In this document: positions 9,173 through 17,135 of the stretch, piece by piece | How the letters are laid out: the number at the start of each line of letters is the position of its first letter | Position numbering within the stretch: the first letter of the stretch is position 1 | IMG/VR virus record: IMGVR_UViG_2563366951_000002 | Coordinates: 1-45,042 of that record | Reading direction: 5' to 3' (one strand) | DNA length: 45,042 nucleotides | Origin: a virus | Lineage: Duplodnaviria; Heunggongvirae; Uroviricota; Caudoviricetes | Translations under genes and position numbers: made by a program | The notes under the pieces: model-generated | The model's input: the letters and a program-made list of their open reading frames with translations, nothing else | The model's database searches: none | What the model was told of the DNA's origin: nothing

Positions 9173-9187
9173 GCGCTTTGTCAGCGC
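9173..9187 (-). promoter_or_regulatory. nutL boxB hairpin
   Basis: Minus-strand sequence GCGCTGACAAAGCGC: 5-bp stem with GACAA pentaloop, the P22-type boxB as recalled; lies in the N leader between pL and the N start. Confidence 0.7.
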
Positions 9188-9255
9188 CGTAGATTCATAT
9201 TCGAATCGTTGTATATTCACCGCCCTGGTGAGTAGTGCGTCCTGCTGATGGCTAA

Positions 9256-9284
9256 ATAGTACGATGTGTACTTTATTGAGTCAA
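9256..9284 (-). promoter_or_regulatory. pL promoter with overlapping operator (OL)
   Basis: Minus strand: TTGACT, 17-nt spacer, TACTAT; 15-bp near-palindrome AGTACACATCGTACT covers the spacer and -10. Confidence 0.6.
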
Positions 9285-9345
9285 TACAAAATGTTCTAAA
9301 TATGGTTGGTTTTTTATAACACTTTGTATTTTATTGATTTATATT

Positions 9346-9378
9346 TTGGAAAAAGAAAACCCGACGCTAAGGTCGGGT
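9346..9378 (-). terminator. Intrinsic terminator downstream of the repressor gene
   Basis: Stem ACCCGAC/GTCGGGT with 6-nt loop; on the minus strand followed by GTTTTCTTTTTCC; the plus strand also has a U-rich tail, so it may act bidirectionally. Confidence 0.6.
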
Positions 9379-9409
9379 TATTGTTGTGTGTTTTAGAGTG
9401 GTGATGCTG

Positions 9410-10069
9410 TTAACTAAATGTCTCTTCAGGCCACTGGCTGGCGATAACTTTCCCTACTACGGAACAGCTATCATTGCATGGGATCATTGGATATTGCGGG
9501 TTTAGTGGTTGTAGGAACACCTGACCGCTATCCCTGATCAGTTTCTTGAAGGTAAACTCCTCACCACCAAGTCTGGCTATGCAGAAATCACCTGGCTCAA
9601 CAGCCTGCTCAGGGTCAACGAGAATTAACATCCCGTCAGGAAAACTTGGCTTGGATCCTGTTGGTGCGGTCATGGAATTACCTTCAACTTCAAGCCAAAA
9701 CGCACAATCACTGGCTTTTTTGGTTGTGCTGACCCATCTCTCCGCATCACCTTTGGTAAAGGTTCTAAGCTCAGGCGAGAACATCCCGGCCTGAACATGA
9801 GAAAAAACAGGGTACTCATATTGTTTTTTTACGGGGGCAGATGAGTATTCGCCAACAGGTGAAAATGTACCGTCGTGGTTGAATGAGACGTTATCAATAC
9901 CAAGGTATTTAAACACCACACCAATCTCGTCAAGAGATGGATGACGAGATCCGCGCAACCAGTGACCAATTCCACCCTGCGTCATACCAAGCTCTTCAGC
10001 TAACTTCTCTTGAGTTATGCCGAGCTCTTTCATTCTGGATCTAGCCAGTTCATACCATTTCATTTTCAT
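9410..10069 (-). CDS. cI: CI-type prophage repressor (HTH domain plus S24/LexA-like peptidase domain, about 219 aa)
   Basis: Internal ATG at 10067-10069 with AAGGA upstream gives [37 protein letters not shown]... (HTH); C-terminal half has S24 self-cleavage domain character; divergent from cro; the track ORF extends to 10144. Confidence 0.8.
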   Translation of the reverse strand: MKMKWYELARSRMKELGITQEKLAEELGMTQGGIGHWLRGSRHPSLDEIGVVFKYLGIDNVSFNHDGTFSPVGEYSSAPVKKQYEYPVFSHVQAGMFSPELRTFTKGDAERWVSTTKKASDCAFWLEVEGNSMTAPTGSKPSFPDGMLILVDPEQAVEPGDFCIARLGGEEFTFKKLIRDSGQVFLQPLNPQYPMIPCNDSCSVVGKVIASQWPEETFS

Positions 10070-10125
10070 ATCCTTATTATTACGCTCTGTACTAAAACCA
10101 TCCATGCACAAGATGTATTTTTTGT

Positions 10126-10154
10126 TTGCATTCCAAGAGTACATATCGTATTAT
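10126..10154 (+). promoter_or_regulatory. pR promoter with overlapping operator (OR)
   Basis: TTGCAT, 17-nt spacer, TATTAT; AGTACATATCGTATT overlaps the spacer and -10 and is near-identical to the pL operator. Confidence 0.6.
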
Positions 10155-10180
10155 TGTTTCATGGTTACTATGGAGGGCAT

Positions 10181-10396
10181 ATGAGCAACCTACGAAAATA
10201 TCGAGAGTCACTGAATATCTCTCAAACAACCCTTGCTAAGGCGGTTGGATGCACACAGGGGGCTATCGGACATTGGGAATCTGGTCGTCGCTTCCCAGAC
10301 CTTAAAACATGCCGTGCTCTTGTTGCGTGCCTAAACAAGTTAGGCGCAAAAGTCAGTCTTGATGACGTGTTCCCGCCGGAACACCAAGCCGCTTAA
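10181..10396 (+). CDS. cro: Cro-like HTH repressor (71 aa)
   Basis: ATG at 10181 with GGAGGG upstream; HTH segment ISQTTLAKAVGCTQGAIGHWESG; divergent from cI across the operator region. Confidence 0.75.
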   Translation: MSNLRKYRESLNISQTTLAKAVGCTQGAIGHWESGRRFPDLKTCRALVACLNKLGAKVSLDDVFPPEHQAA

Positions 10397-10406
10397 TAAG
10401 CGGATC

Positions 10407-10452
10407 CGCTATTTTCACAATGGACATTCGTCCTACGTCGCTGACAAAGCGA
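10407..10452 (+). promoter_or_regulatory. nutR (boxA-like element plus boxB hairpin)
   Basis: boxB TCGCTGACAAAGCGA at 10438-10452 has the same GACAA pentaloop as nutL; upstream CCGCTATTTTCACAA resembles boxA (CGCTCTT(T)A...ACAA). Confidence 0.55.
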
Positions 10453-10536
10453 GTCCCAATATATCTGACCAACTAAGGCCATATGCGTTTCCACGCATAC
10501 CTTTCAGCTAAATATTCACTATTGGAATCATAAGAA

Positions 10537-10833
10537 ATGGAACAAACAAGTTACAGCAAACTATCACAGCGCGACGTTGATCGCGCTGAAACTGATTTAC
10601 TCATCAACCTGTCAACGCTTACCCAGCGCGGTCTGGCAAAGATGATTGGCTGTCATGAATCGAAGATAAGCAGAACGGACTGGAGATTTATTGCTTCGGT
10701 CTTGTGTGCTTTCGGAATGGCATCAGACATCAGTCCGATTAGCAGGGCTTTTAAGTATGCGCTTGATGAAATCACAAAGAAAAAATCCCCGGCCGCCACC
10801 GAGGATTTTAAGCAAATTGATATGCAATTCTGA
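10537..10833 (+). CDS. cII: CII-like transcriptional activator (98 aa)
   Basis: C-terminus ...KKKSPAATEDFKQIDMQF resembles lambda CII (...KKRPAATERSEQIQMEF); HTH-like segment; position between cro and the replication genes. Confidence 0.75.
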   Translation: MEQTSYSKLSQRDVDRAETDLLINLSTLTQRGLAKMIGCHESKISRTDWRFIASVLCAFGMASDISPISRAFKYALDEITKKKSPAATEDFKQIDMQF

Positions 10834-10865
10834 GGTAATTACTGGATCAATCCACAGGAGTAATT

Positions 10866-11027
10866 ATGACAAAACGTCGTAAGAAATACCAGGAAAAAGA
10901 AGAGATTCGACACCCTGATTCACCTGAGGGATTAGTGGTAGCCGCAGCAAATAACAGGGCGTTCGCAGAGCGCCTTGTTGGTGTTTACAGACTAGCCAAA
11001 GCAGGAGTGAAACATGGGCGTCGTTAA
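10866..11027 (+). CDS. Small basic hypothetical protein (53 aa), not in the ORF track
   Basis: ATG at 10866 with AGGAG 6 nt upstream; TAA at 11025-11027; translation MTKRRKKYQEKEEIRHPDSPEGLVVAAANNRAFAERLVGVYRLAKAGVKHGRR. Confidence 0.45.
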   Translation: MTKRRKKYQEKEEIRHPDSPEGLVVAAANNRAFAERLVGVYRLAKAGVKHGRR

Positions 11028-11076
11028 GTTAGCTGATTACAGGCATAACCCTGTACAACATCAGGAGGCATCCAGT

Positions 11077-11904
11077 ATGGGGTATGTCTCTATACACCGC
11101 CAGTTTATGGACAGCAGGCTCTATAAGGACTCTCAGGCAGTACATCTTTGGCTTCACTTAATCCTCAAGGCTAATCACGAATCTACTGTCGTCAATACGG
11201 ATATCGGTCCGATAACTGTTGATCGCGGTCAGATGATAACTGGACGCCCGTCGCTGGTCAGAGAAACATTCATCCCCGACAACAAAGTTCGGAGCTTATT
11301 ACGGACTTTTGAGTCGAAAGGGATGCTTAATATTTGCTCGATGGGGAAGAAATTTAGCCTGTTTACAATCGTTAAATATGACGATTTTCAGGCAAAAAAT
11401 TGTCCAACGGTTGTCCAACGGTTGTCCATCGCAAACACCAGTAATGGCGCGGCTCTCAGCGGAGATTGTCCAACGGTTGTCCAACGGTTGTCCATAAACA
11501 ATAATATAAATAATATCTCTAATACTGACGTATTAGAGAGTACCGCAGCAGACAAAAAGTCTGACAAGAAAAAACCTTCCGTTAGCTGTCAGGATGTTGT
11601 CGATGCTTACCACGAAATCCTTCCTGAAGCGCCAAAAATCCGCGCACTGAATGACAAGCGTAAAAACCAGATCCGAACGTTCTGGCGCAAAGCCGGAGTG
11701 ATAACCCGCCAGCTCGACGGGCATGGGTTCACGATGCAGGACTGGAGAAATTATTTGAGCTACGTAGGCGAAAATTGCCGATGGATGTTCGAAGAGCGCC
11801 CAAACCATCAGCGCGGAACCGTCTGGCACAAAAAGGGATTTGATTTCCTGCTTAACGATAATACCTACCTGAAAGTTCGTGAGGGTGAACACGATGACCG
11901 ATAA
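11077..11904 (+). CDS. Replication initiator, O-like, with origin iterons inside the gene
   Basis: ATG at 11077 with AGGAGG 8 nt upstream (track ORF starts at 11014); iteron repeats and an AT-rich block lie within the coding sequence as in lambda O; stop overlaps the helicase start. Confidence 0.7.
   Translation: MGYVSIHRQFMDSRLYKDSQAVHLWLHLILKANHESTVVNTDIGPITVDRGQMITGRPSLVRETFIPDNKVRSLLRTFESKGMLNICSMGKKFSLFTIVKYDDFQAKNCPTVVQRLSIANTSNGAALSGDCPTVVQRLSINNNINNISNTDVLESTAADKKSDKKKPSVSCQDVVDAYHEILPEAPKIRALNDKRKNQIRTFWRKAGVITRQLDGHGFTMQDWRNYLSYVGENCRWMFEERPNHQRGTVWHKKGFDFLLNDNTYLKVREGEHDDR
11400..11496. repeat. Origin iterons: two clusters of three 11-bp direct repeats
   Basis: TTGTCCAACGG at 11400, 11411, 11422 (third copy degenerate) and again at 11466, 11477, 11488; followed by AT-rich aacaataatataaataatatctctaatact. 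Confidence 0.75.
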
Positions 11905-14359
11905 TTTTTATGCGCCGCCCCATAGCATCGAGGCAGAGCAGGCGGTGATTGGTGGATTGCTTCTGGATGATGACAGCAGTGAGCGCGTCCAGAAAGTTCT
12001 GGCGATGCTGAAGCCTGATTCATTTTACTGCCGACCACACAAAATCCTTTTCGAAGAAATAACCAGAATGCACCGTGAGCAAAAGCCAGTAGATGGCCTG
12101 ACGCTTTTCGATGAACTGGAGCGTAAATCGTTAACGGCGTCTGTTGGCGGTTTTGCTTATATCACTGAGATCGCAAAGAACACGCCAAGCGCCGCAAACA
12201 TCGTTGCCTATGCAATGCAGGTTCGCGAAACCGCAATGGAACGCTACGCCATCAACCGCATGACTGAAGCGACGGAATTGCTCTATTCCCGCAACGGAAT
12301 GACTGCGACGCAGAAGTACGAAGCTATTCAGGCGATTTTCACGCAACTGACAGACCATGCAAAAACCGGATCGCGTCGCGGCCTTCGCTCATTTGGTGAG
12401 GTTATGGAAGACTGGGTTAGCGACCTTGAGAAACGATTTGACCCATCAGGCGAACAACGGGGAATGAGCACAGGGATCCCATCGCTGGACAGGATGCTGT
12501 CACCGAAAGGTCTGGTGAAAGGCTCTCTGTTTGTCATTGGCGCTCGCCCTAAGATGGGGAAAGCGCAACCGCTTAATTCACGCATTTTGCTTGCTGATGG
12601 TTCATGGACAACATTTCGTGACGTATGTGTTGGAGATTCCCTAGCATCAGTGGATGGACAACCATCATTCGTGTCTGGAGTTTTTCCTCAAGGGGAGCGA
12701 GATATTTACCGAGTTACGTTCTCTGACGGAAGAACCGTTGATTGCGCGGATGATCATTTGTGGGAGATTCATAGTAACCGTATTACCGGTGGCGTTGATG
12801 TTGTAGACACCTGCCGCCTACGGGACATGATGGAATGCGTTCGCTATCAAAGCCGCATTCATGTTCCTGGTATTAGCGGTGACTTCGGATTGCCTGTTGA
12901 TTTAGGGATTAGCCCATGGCTGTTAGGTGCGTTACTTGGCGATGGAAATCTTGCAGGTACGCCACGAATCAGCATGACGGAACCATACATCATTGAGCGA
13001 GTAAGATCTGAAGTGGGTGACGATATTGAAGTCAGGCATGTTTCTGGCTGCGATTACTCCCTATCTCACAAGTTTAGCCGCAAATTATCTCTTACGCGGG
13101 TTATGCAACGGCTTGGTATCTACGGCCGGATGTCAGAGATTAAAATTATCCCGGATATTATTTTTTCTGCTGATAAGCAAACTCGTATTGATGTTCTATG
13201 CGGATTACTTGAAACCGATGGTTGGGTTGAAGGAAATAATGCCCTGCGCTTTAGCTCGGCAAGCAAGTTCCTGTCAGATGGTGTAAAGCGGCTGGTGCAT
13301 TCTCTTGGTGGCGTGTGTCGTATGACAACCAAACAGGAGCCGAAATTCAGTTATAAGGGAGAAATGCGCAAAGGTATGGATGCCCATATTTGCGCAATCA
13401 GGTTGCCTGATGAGGTTCTATCACACATAAAATCTCCACGCCTGAAGCAAAAATTCACTGCAAAACGCATCAAAACAAGTGCGCCTGTTATCACGTCGGT
13501 TGAGTATATTGGACGTGAAGAGTGCATTTGCATCATGGTATCCCACGAGAGACATTTGTATGCAACTGACGGATACATTCTAACTCACAACACCACGCTA
13601 TACAGCCAGATGGCAATCAACTGCGCAGTGCATGAGAAAAAGCCCGCTCTGATGTTCAGCCTTGAAATGCCAGGTGACCAGATACTGGAAAAACTGGTGG
13701 GACAGAAGTCAGGTGTTAACCCGAATATTTTTTACCTTCCGGCGACAAATGACGCTGATGACAGCTATCAGGGTGATTACGATGGTGACTTCAACAGGGC
13801 GATCGAAACAGCCAATCGCTTGAGTGAAATCGACCTGCTTTACATCGACGACACGCCGGGATTATCTCTGGCTCAAATCGTCAGCGAAAGCCGTCGAATC
13901 AAGCGAGAAAAAGGATGTGTTGGCATGATTCTGGTCGATTACCTGACACTAATGACTGCTGAGAAGGCCGATCGCAACGACCTTGCTTACGGCATGATCA
14001 CCAAAGGATTGAAGAACCTTGCCAAAGAGCTTGATTGCGTTGTTGTGCTTCTGACACAGCTTAACCGCGCACTGGAAAGCCGAACCAATAAACGCCCATT
14101 ACCAAGTGACTCACGAGATACAGGGCAGATTGAACAGGATTGCGATTATTGGGTTGGGATCCATCGGGAAGGTGCTTTTGATGACAGCGTTCCTCCTGGT
14201 GAAACCGAACTAATCCTTCGTCTCAATCGTCATGGCAATACCGGCACGGTGTATTGCATTCAGGCAAATGGCGCTATTTATGACACAGACCAACAGTCTG
14301 CTGAAATGCGCCGACGTGAACGCGAGGAACCGCAGTCCAAGAAGAAAGGAGGATTCTGA
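11894..14359 (+). CDS. DnaB-family replicative helicase interrupted by an in-frame intein
   Basis: ATG at 11894 (track ORF starts at GTG 11879); N-terminal DnaB-like domain; Walker A GARPKMGK, then 343-aa insert, then TTLYSQMAIN...SLEMP...LVDYL...SDSRDTGQIEQDCD helicase motifs. Confidence 0.8.
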   Translation: MTDNFYAPPHSIEAEQAVIGGLLLDDDSSERVQKVLAMLKPDSFYCRPHKILFEEITRMHREQKPVDGLTLFDELERKSLTASVGGFAYITEIAKNTPSAANIVAYAMQVRETAMERYAINRMTEATELLYSRNGMTATQKYEAIQAIFTQLTDHAKTGSRRGLRSFGEVMEDWVSDLEKRFDPSGEQRGMSTGIPSLDRMLSPKGLVKGSLFVIGARPKMGKAQPLNSRILLADGSWTTFRDVCVGDSLASVDGQPSFVSGVFPQGERDIYRVTFSDGRTVDCADDHLWEIHSNRITGGVDVVDTCRLRDMMECVRYQSRIHVPGISGDFGLPVDLGISPWLLGALLGDGNLAGTPRISMTEPYIIERVRSEVGDDIEVRHVSGCDYSLSHKFSRKLSLTRVMQRLGIYGRMSEIKIIPDIIFSADKQTRIDVLCGLLETDGWVEGNNALRFSSASKFLSDGVKRLVHSLGGVCRMTTKQEPKFSYKGEMRKGMDAHICAIRLPDEVLSHIKSPRLKQKFTAKRIKTSAPVITSVEYIGREECICIMVSHERHLYATDGYILTHNTTLYSQMAINCAVHEKKPALMFSLEMPGDQILEKLVGQKSGVNPNIFYLPATNDADDSYQGDYDGDFNRAIETANRLSEIDLLYIDDTPGLSLAQIVSESRRIKREKGCVGMILVDYLTLMTAEKADRNDLAYGMITKGLKNLAKELDCVVVLLTQLNRALESRTNKRPLPSDSRDTGQIEQDCDYWVGIHREGAFDDSVPPGETELILRLNRHGNTGTVYCIQANGAIYDTDQQSAEMRRREREEPQSKKKGGF
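12563..13591 (+). mobile_element. Intein (343 aa) with LAGLIDADG homing-endonuclease domain, inserted in the helicase P-loop
   Basis: Insert begins AQPLNSRILLADG and ends YILTHN, followed by Thr; two LAGLIDADG motifs (LLGALLGDGNL, LCGLLETDGW); removing it restores GARPKMGK-TTLYSQ. Confidence 0.75.
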
Positions 14360-14387
14360 TGACCGTCTACATCACTGAGATAATAAC

Positions 14388-14419
14388 AGGCCTGCTGGTA
14401 ATCGCAGGCCTTTTTATTT
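14388..14419 (+). terminator. Intrinsic terminator after the helicase gene (tR2-like position)
   Basis: Stem AGGCCTGC/GCAGGCCT with 8-nt loop followed by TTTTTATTT. Confidence 0.65.
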
Positions 14420-14434
14420 GGGGGAGGGTAAATC

Positions 14435-14641
14435 GTGGCTGAGTTAATTTTCTCTGCATTGAGGATTCTCGGTGCTATGTGGATGGTGGCGACGTTCATT
14501 GTTGTTGCCAACAGTTTTGTCCTGTTGGTAGGCGAAGGTAAAGACCTGGTGGGTGTGCTTTTCGGTAGCATTTTCCTGTGGGTGATTATCGGTGTTATGC
14601 CTGTTGTCGTAGCAAAAGTGGCGTGGCGTTTTGTGAGTTGA
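14435..14641 (+). CDS. Small hydrophobic protein (68 aa), predicted membrane protein
   Basis: ORF from track, GTG start with GGGAGGG upstream; two predicted transmembrane segments. Confidence 0.4.
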   Translation: MAELIFSALRILGAMWMVATFIVVANSFVLLVGEGKDLVGVLFGSIFLWVIIGVMPVVVAKVAWRFVS

Positions 14642-14648
14642 GGTAACG

Positions 14649-15095
14649 ATGAAGCAAATATACATGCTTCGCAACGAAGCAATCAGAAACAACGCCATAG
14701 ACGCAATACTCTCACTTCCGATCGACGACAAGTCACCTCACGAAGTCCACGTTAGAGAACCCAAACGCAGCAAAGCGCAGAATGACCGTATGTGGCCGAT
14801 GCTGAACGATGTTTCGCGTCAGGTGCTATGGCATGGTCAACGGCTGGCGCCGGAAGACTGGAAAGACCTGTTCACTGCCCTGTGGCTTAAGACCAAAAAA
14901 ATGGAGCAAAGAAGTGCGCCTGGTATCGACGGTGGCGTTGTTATGCTTGGCGTGCGTACCAGCAAAATGCGAAAGGCCAGCATGACTGAGCTTATCGAAA
15001 TCATGTTCTGGTTCGGCTCAGAGCGCAACGTGCGGTGGAGTGATGACTCCCGGCGAGAGTATGAATGGTCACAACGAAAAGGGAAGGCTGCATGA
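14649..15095 (+). CDS. ninB: NinB recombination protein (148 aa)
   Basis: Translation ...WPMLNDVSRQVLWHGQRLAPEDWKDLFTA...MFWFGSERNVRWSD resembles lambda NinB as recalled. Confidence 0.75.
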   Translation: MKQIYMLRNEAIRNNAIDAILSLPIDDKSPHEVHVREPKRSKAQNDRMWPMLNDVSRQVLWHGQRLAPEDWKDLFTALWLKTKKMEQRSAPGIDGGVVMLGVRTSKMRKASMTELIEIMFWFGSERNVRWSDDSRREYEWSQRKGKAA

Positions 15096-15619
15096 CTATC
15101 AAATCAAATACGCCAGCACACGACAAGGACTGCTGGCAAACGCCGCTTTGGCTTTTTGATGCGCTGGATATTGAGTTTGGATTCTGGCTGGATTCGGCAG
15201 CGAGCGACAAAAATGCTCTGTGCGCTCACTGGCTAACTGAGGCCGACGACGCGCTCAATTCTGAGTGGGTAAGCCACGGTGCAATCTGGAATAACCCACC
15301 GTACAGCAATATCAGGCCGTGGGTGGAAAAAGCCGCTGAGCAGTGCATACAACAGCGACAGACGGTAGTTATGCTTGTACCAGAGGATATGTCAGTCGGA
15401 TGGTTCAGCAAGGCTCTGGAGAGCGTTGACGAAGTTCGCATCATCACTGATGGACGGATTAATTTTATCGAACCATCGACGGGGCTGGAGAAGAAGGGAA
15501 ACAGCAAAGGCTCAATGCTGCTGATTTGGCGACCGTTCATCAGTCCTCGACGGATGTTTACTACCGTATCCAAAGCGGCATTGATGGCGATCGGGCAGGG
15601 CGTCAGGAGGGCGGCATGA
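15092..15619 (+). CDS. Phage-type DNA N6-adenine methyltransferase (Dam family)
   Basis: ATG at 15092 overlapping ninB stop (ATGA); catalytic NPPY motif ([10 protein letters not shown]); track ORF starts at 15065. Confidence 0.7.
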   Translation: MTIKSNTPAHDKDCWQTPLWLFDALDIEFGFWLDSAASDKNALCAHWLTEADDALNSEWVSHGAIWNNPPYSNIRPWVEKAAEQCIQQRQTVVMLVPEDMSVGWFSKALESVDEVRIITDGRINFIEPSTGLEKKGNSKGSMLLIWRPFISPRRMFTTVSKAALMAIGQGVRRAA

Positions 15620-15792
15620 GACGACAGCGACGAAGTATCACCGACATAATCTGCGAAAACTGCAAATACCTTCCAACGAAACGCTCCAGAAATAAACGCA
15701 AGCCAATCCCAAAAGAATCTGACGTAAAAACCTTCAACTACACGGCTCACCTGTGGGATATCAGGTGGCTAAGACATCGTGCGAGGAAATGA
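15616..15792 (+). CDS. ninE: NinE-like protein (58 aa)
   Basis: ATG at 15616 with AGGAGG upstream; [32 protein letters not shown]... resembles lambda NinE as recalled. Confidence 0.65.
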   Translation: MRRQRRSITDIICENCKYLPTKRSRNKRKPIPKESDVKTFNYTAHLWDIRWLRHRARK

Positions 15793-16196
15793 CAATGCTT
15801 TTAATTCAACCTGGATTTGGCCTTAGCATCAAAAAAGGGCACATGTTTGGCGAGAAAGAGTCTCAACGAAAAATGGTGTCTATCCAGTTGCCATTTATCA
15901 GTATTTTATGGCTAAACAGGGAGGCAACAAATTATTGGTATACATGCGCCAGAGCAGCATTTAACGACCCTGAGTGGTTTGTAGAAAACCACCACGCAGT
16001 TCGTCAGGCAAAGAGAAAGGCCAACATGACATACATGAAGGCGTATCGAAAAGCATGGAAAGAACACCGCGATCGATACCAGCAAGACATGGAAAAGCTT
16101 GAATCAGAAAACATGGAATTAAGACGAAAGCTTGGTGAAGCAAAACGAGACATTGATGCTTACAAGCGACTTTTTAATGGTGAAAGCCATGCTTAG
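15789..16196 (+). CDS. Hypothetical nin-region protein (135 aa)
   Basis: ATG at 15789 overlapping ninE stop; track ORF begins at 15753; C-terminal coiled-coil-like segment. Confidence 0.45.
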   Translation: MTMLLIQPGFGLSIKKGHMFGEKESQRKMVSIQLPFISILWLNREATNYWYTCARAAFNDPEWFVENHHAVRQAKRKANMTYMKAYRKAWKEHRDRYQQDMEKLESENMELRRKLGEAKRDIDAYKRLFNGESHA

Positions 16197-16365
16197 CCCA
16201 TCCCAATCCCTTCAATACCAGAAAGAAAGCGTCGAGCGAGCTTTAACGTGCGCTAATTGCGGTCAAAAGCTGCATGTGCTGGAAGTTCACGTGTGCTCCG
16301 ATTGCTGCGCAGAACTGATGAGCGATCCGAATAGCTCAATGTACGAGGAAGAAGACGATGAGTGA
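16189..16365 (+). CDS. ninF: NinF-like protein (58 aa)
   Basis: Internal ATG at 16189; [44 protein letters not shown]... resembles lambda NinF as recalled. Confidence 0.65.
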   Translation: MLSPSQSLQYQKESVERALTCANCGQKLHVLEVHVCSDCCAELMSDPNSSMYEEEDDE

Positions 16366-16867
16366 TGTTAAAGAAAAAGATATCCCCGGCTTTGAGGGTA
16401 TATATAAAGTAACTGAAAATGGAGACATCATTTCATGCCGTAAATCAAAAAAATTATCTCATGGCATTAAACCAGGAGGATATGCATTTGTCGGTCTGTA
16501 TCCAGGTGGCGGGAAAAGACCATCATATAAAATGGTTCACAGAATTGTTGCAGAAGTATTTATTGATAACCCAGATGGCAAACCGGAAGTTAATCACAAG
16601 GATGGAAATAAACTTAATAATAAAGTTGAAAATCTTGAGTGGGTAACGCGAACAGAAAATGCGAAACATGGATTTGATTCCGGATTGCTTGTTCATGGGT
16701 TTAATCATCACTTCTGCAAACTAACGCCAGAACAAGTGAAATCAATATATAAATCAAAAGGCAAATACAGAGATATAGCCAAAGAATTTGGTGTTTGTGC
16801 GCAGACAGTGTGCAACATAAAAAACAAATCAGCGTACCGACGTTTTTTGGAGGGGATTGATGTTTAG
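16358..16867 (+). CDS. Free-standing HNH-family endonuclease (169 aa)
   Basis: ORF from track; HNH-like core (EVNHKDGNKLNNKVENLEWVTRTENAKHG) with N-terminal GIYKVTENGDI segment; region is visibly AT-rich relative to flanks. Confidence 0.7.
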   Translation: MSDVKEKDIPGFEGIYKVTENGDIISCRKSKKLSHGIKPGGYAFVGLYPGGGKRPSYKMVHRIVAEVFIDNPDGKPEVNHKDGNKLNNKVENLEWVTRTENAKHGFDSGLLVHGFNHHFCKLTPEQVKSIYKSKGKYRDIAKEFGVCAQTVCNIKNKSAYRRFLEGIDV

Positions 16868-17135
16868 AAGCAAAAAATGGCTTCAGACAGTCAGGGATAT
16901 TGAATTTTGCGTTCTTTGCGGAAGATACGGAGTTCAGGCCGCTCACAGAAATGAAGGGAAGGGGGTTGGGATTAAAGTAGATGATTGCCTTACTGCTGCG
17001 CTATGTGTTGATTGTCATTCAAGAATTGATAATGGGAGAGATATGAGCAGGGAAGAGCGAAGGGCTGAAATGGATCGGGCCATTGTGCTTACCCTTAAAA
17101 AATTGGTTAACAATGGGAGGGTGTTTGTCCAATGA
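16860..17135 (+). CDS. Small Cys/His-rich nin-region protein (DUF1364/YbcO-like?)
   Basis: ATG at 16860 (track ORF starts at TTG 16857); CxxC ... C..C.H pattern (CVLCGRY, CVDCHSR). Confidence 0.5.
   Translation: MFRSKKWLQTVRDIEFCVLCGRYGVQAAHRNEGKGVGIKVDDCLTAALCVDCHSRIDNGRDMSREERRAEMDRAIVLTLKKLVNNGRVFVQ

Noticed and set aside
10398-10417. Hairpin agcggatccgct followed by attttc read as a tR1 terminator directly after cro
   Set aside because: The stem is short (5 bp) and the sequence overlaps the boxA-like element of nutR; treated as part of nutR, though a weak terminator cannot be excluded.
11299-11497. Two short ORFs (one per strand) covering the iteron repeats, and the idea that the direct repeats could be a CRISPR array
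   Set aside because: The repeats are 11 bp, tandem without spacers, and embedded in the replication initiator gene, which fits origin iterons and not CRISPR; the short ORFs are frame artefacts of the repeats.
14278-14731. Minus-strand ORFs (14278-14682, 14444-14731) spanning the helicase 3' end and the small membrane-protein gene
   Set aside because: Antisense to coding sequence and crossing a plus-strand terminator; low-complexity translations; no start context.
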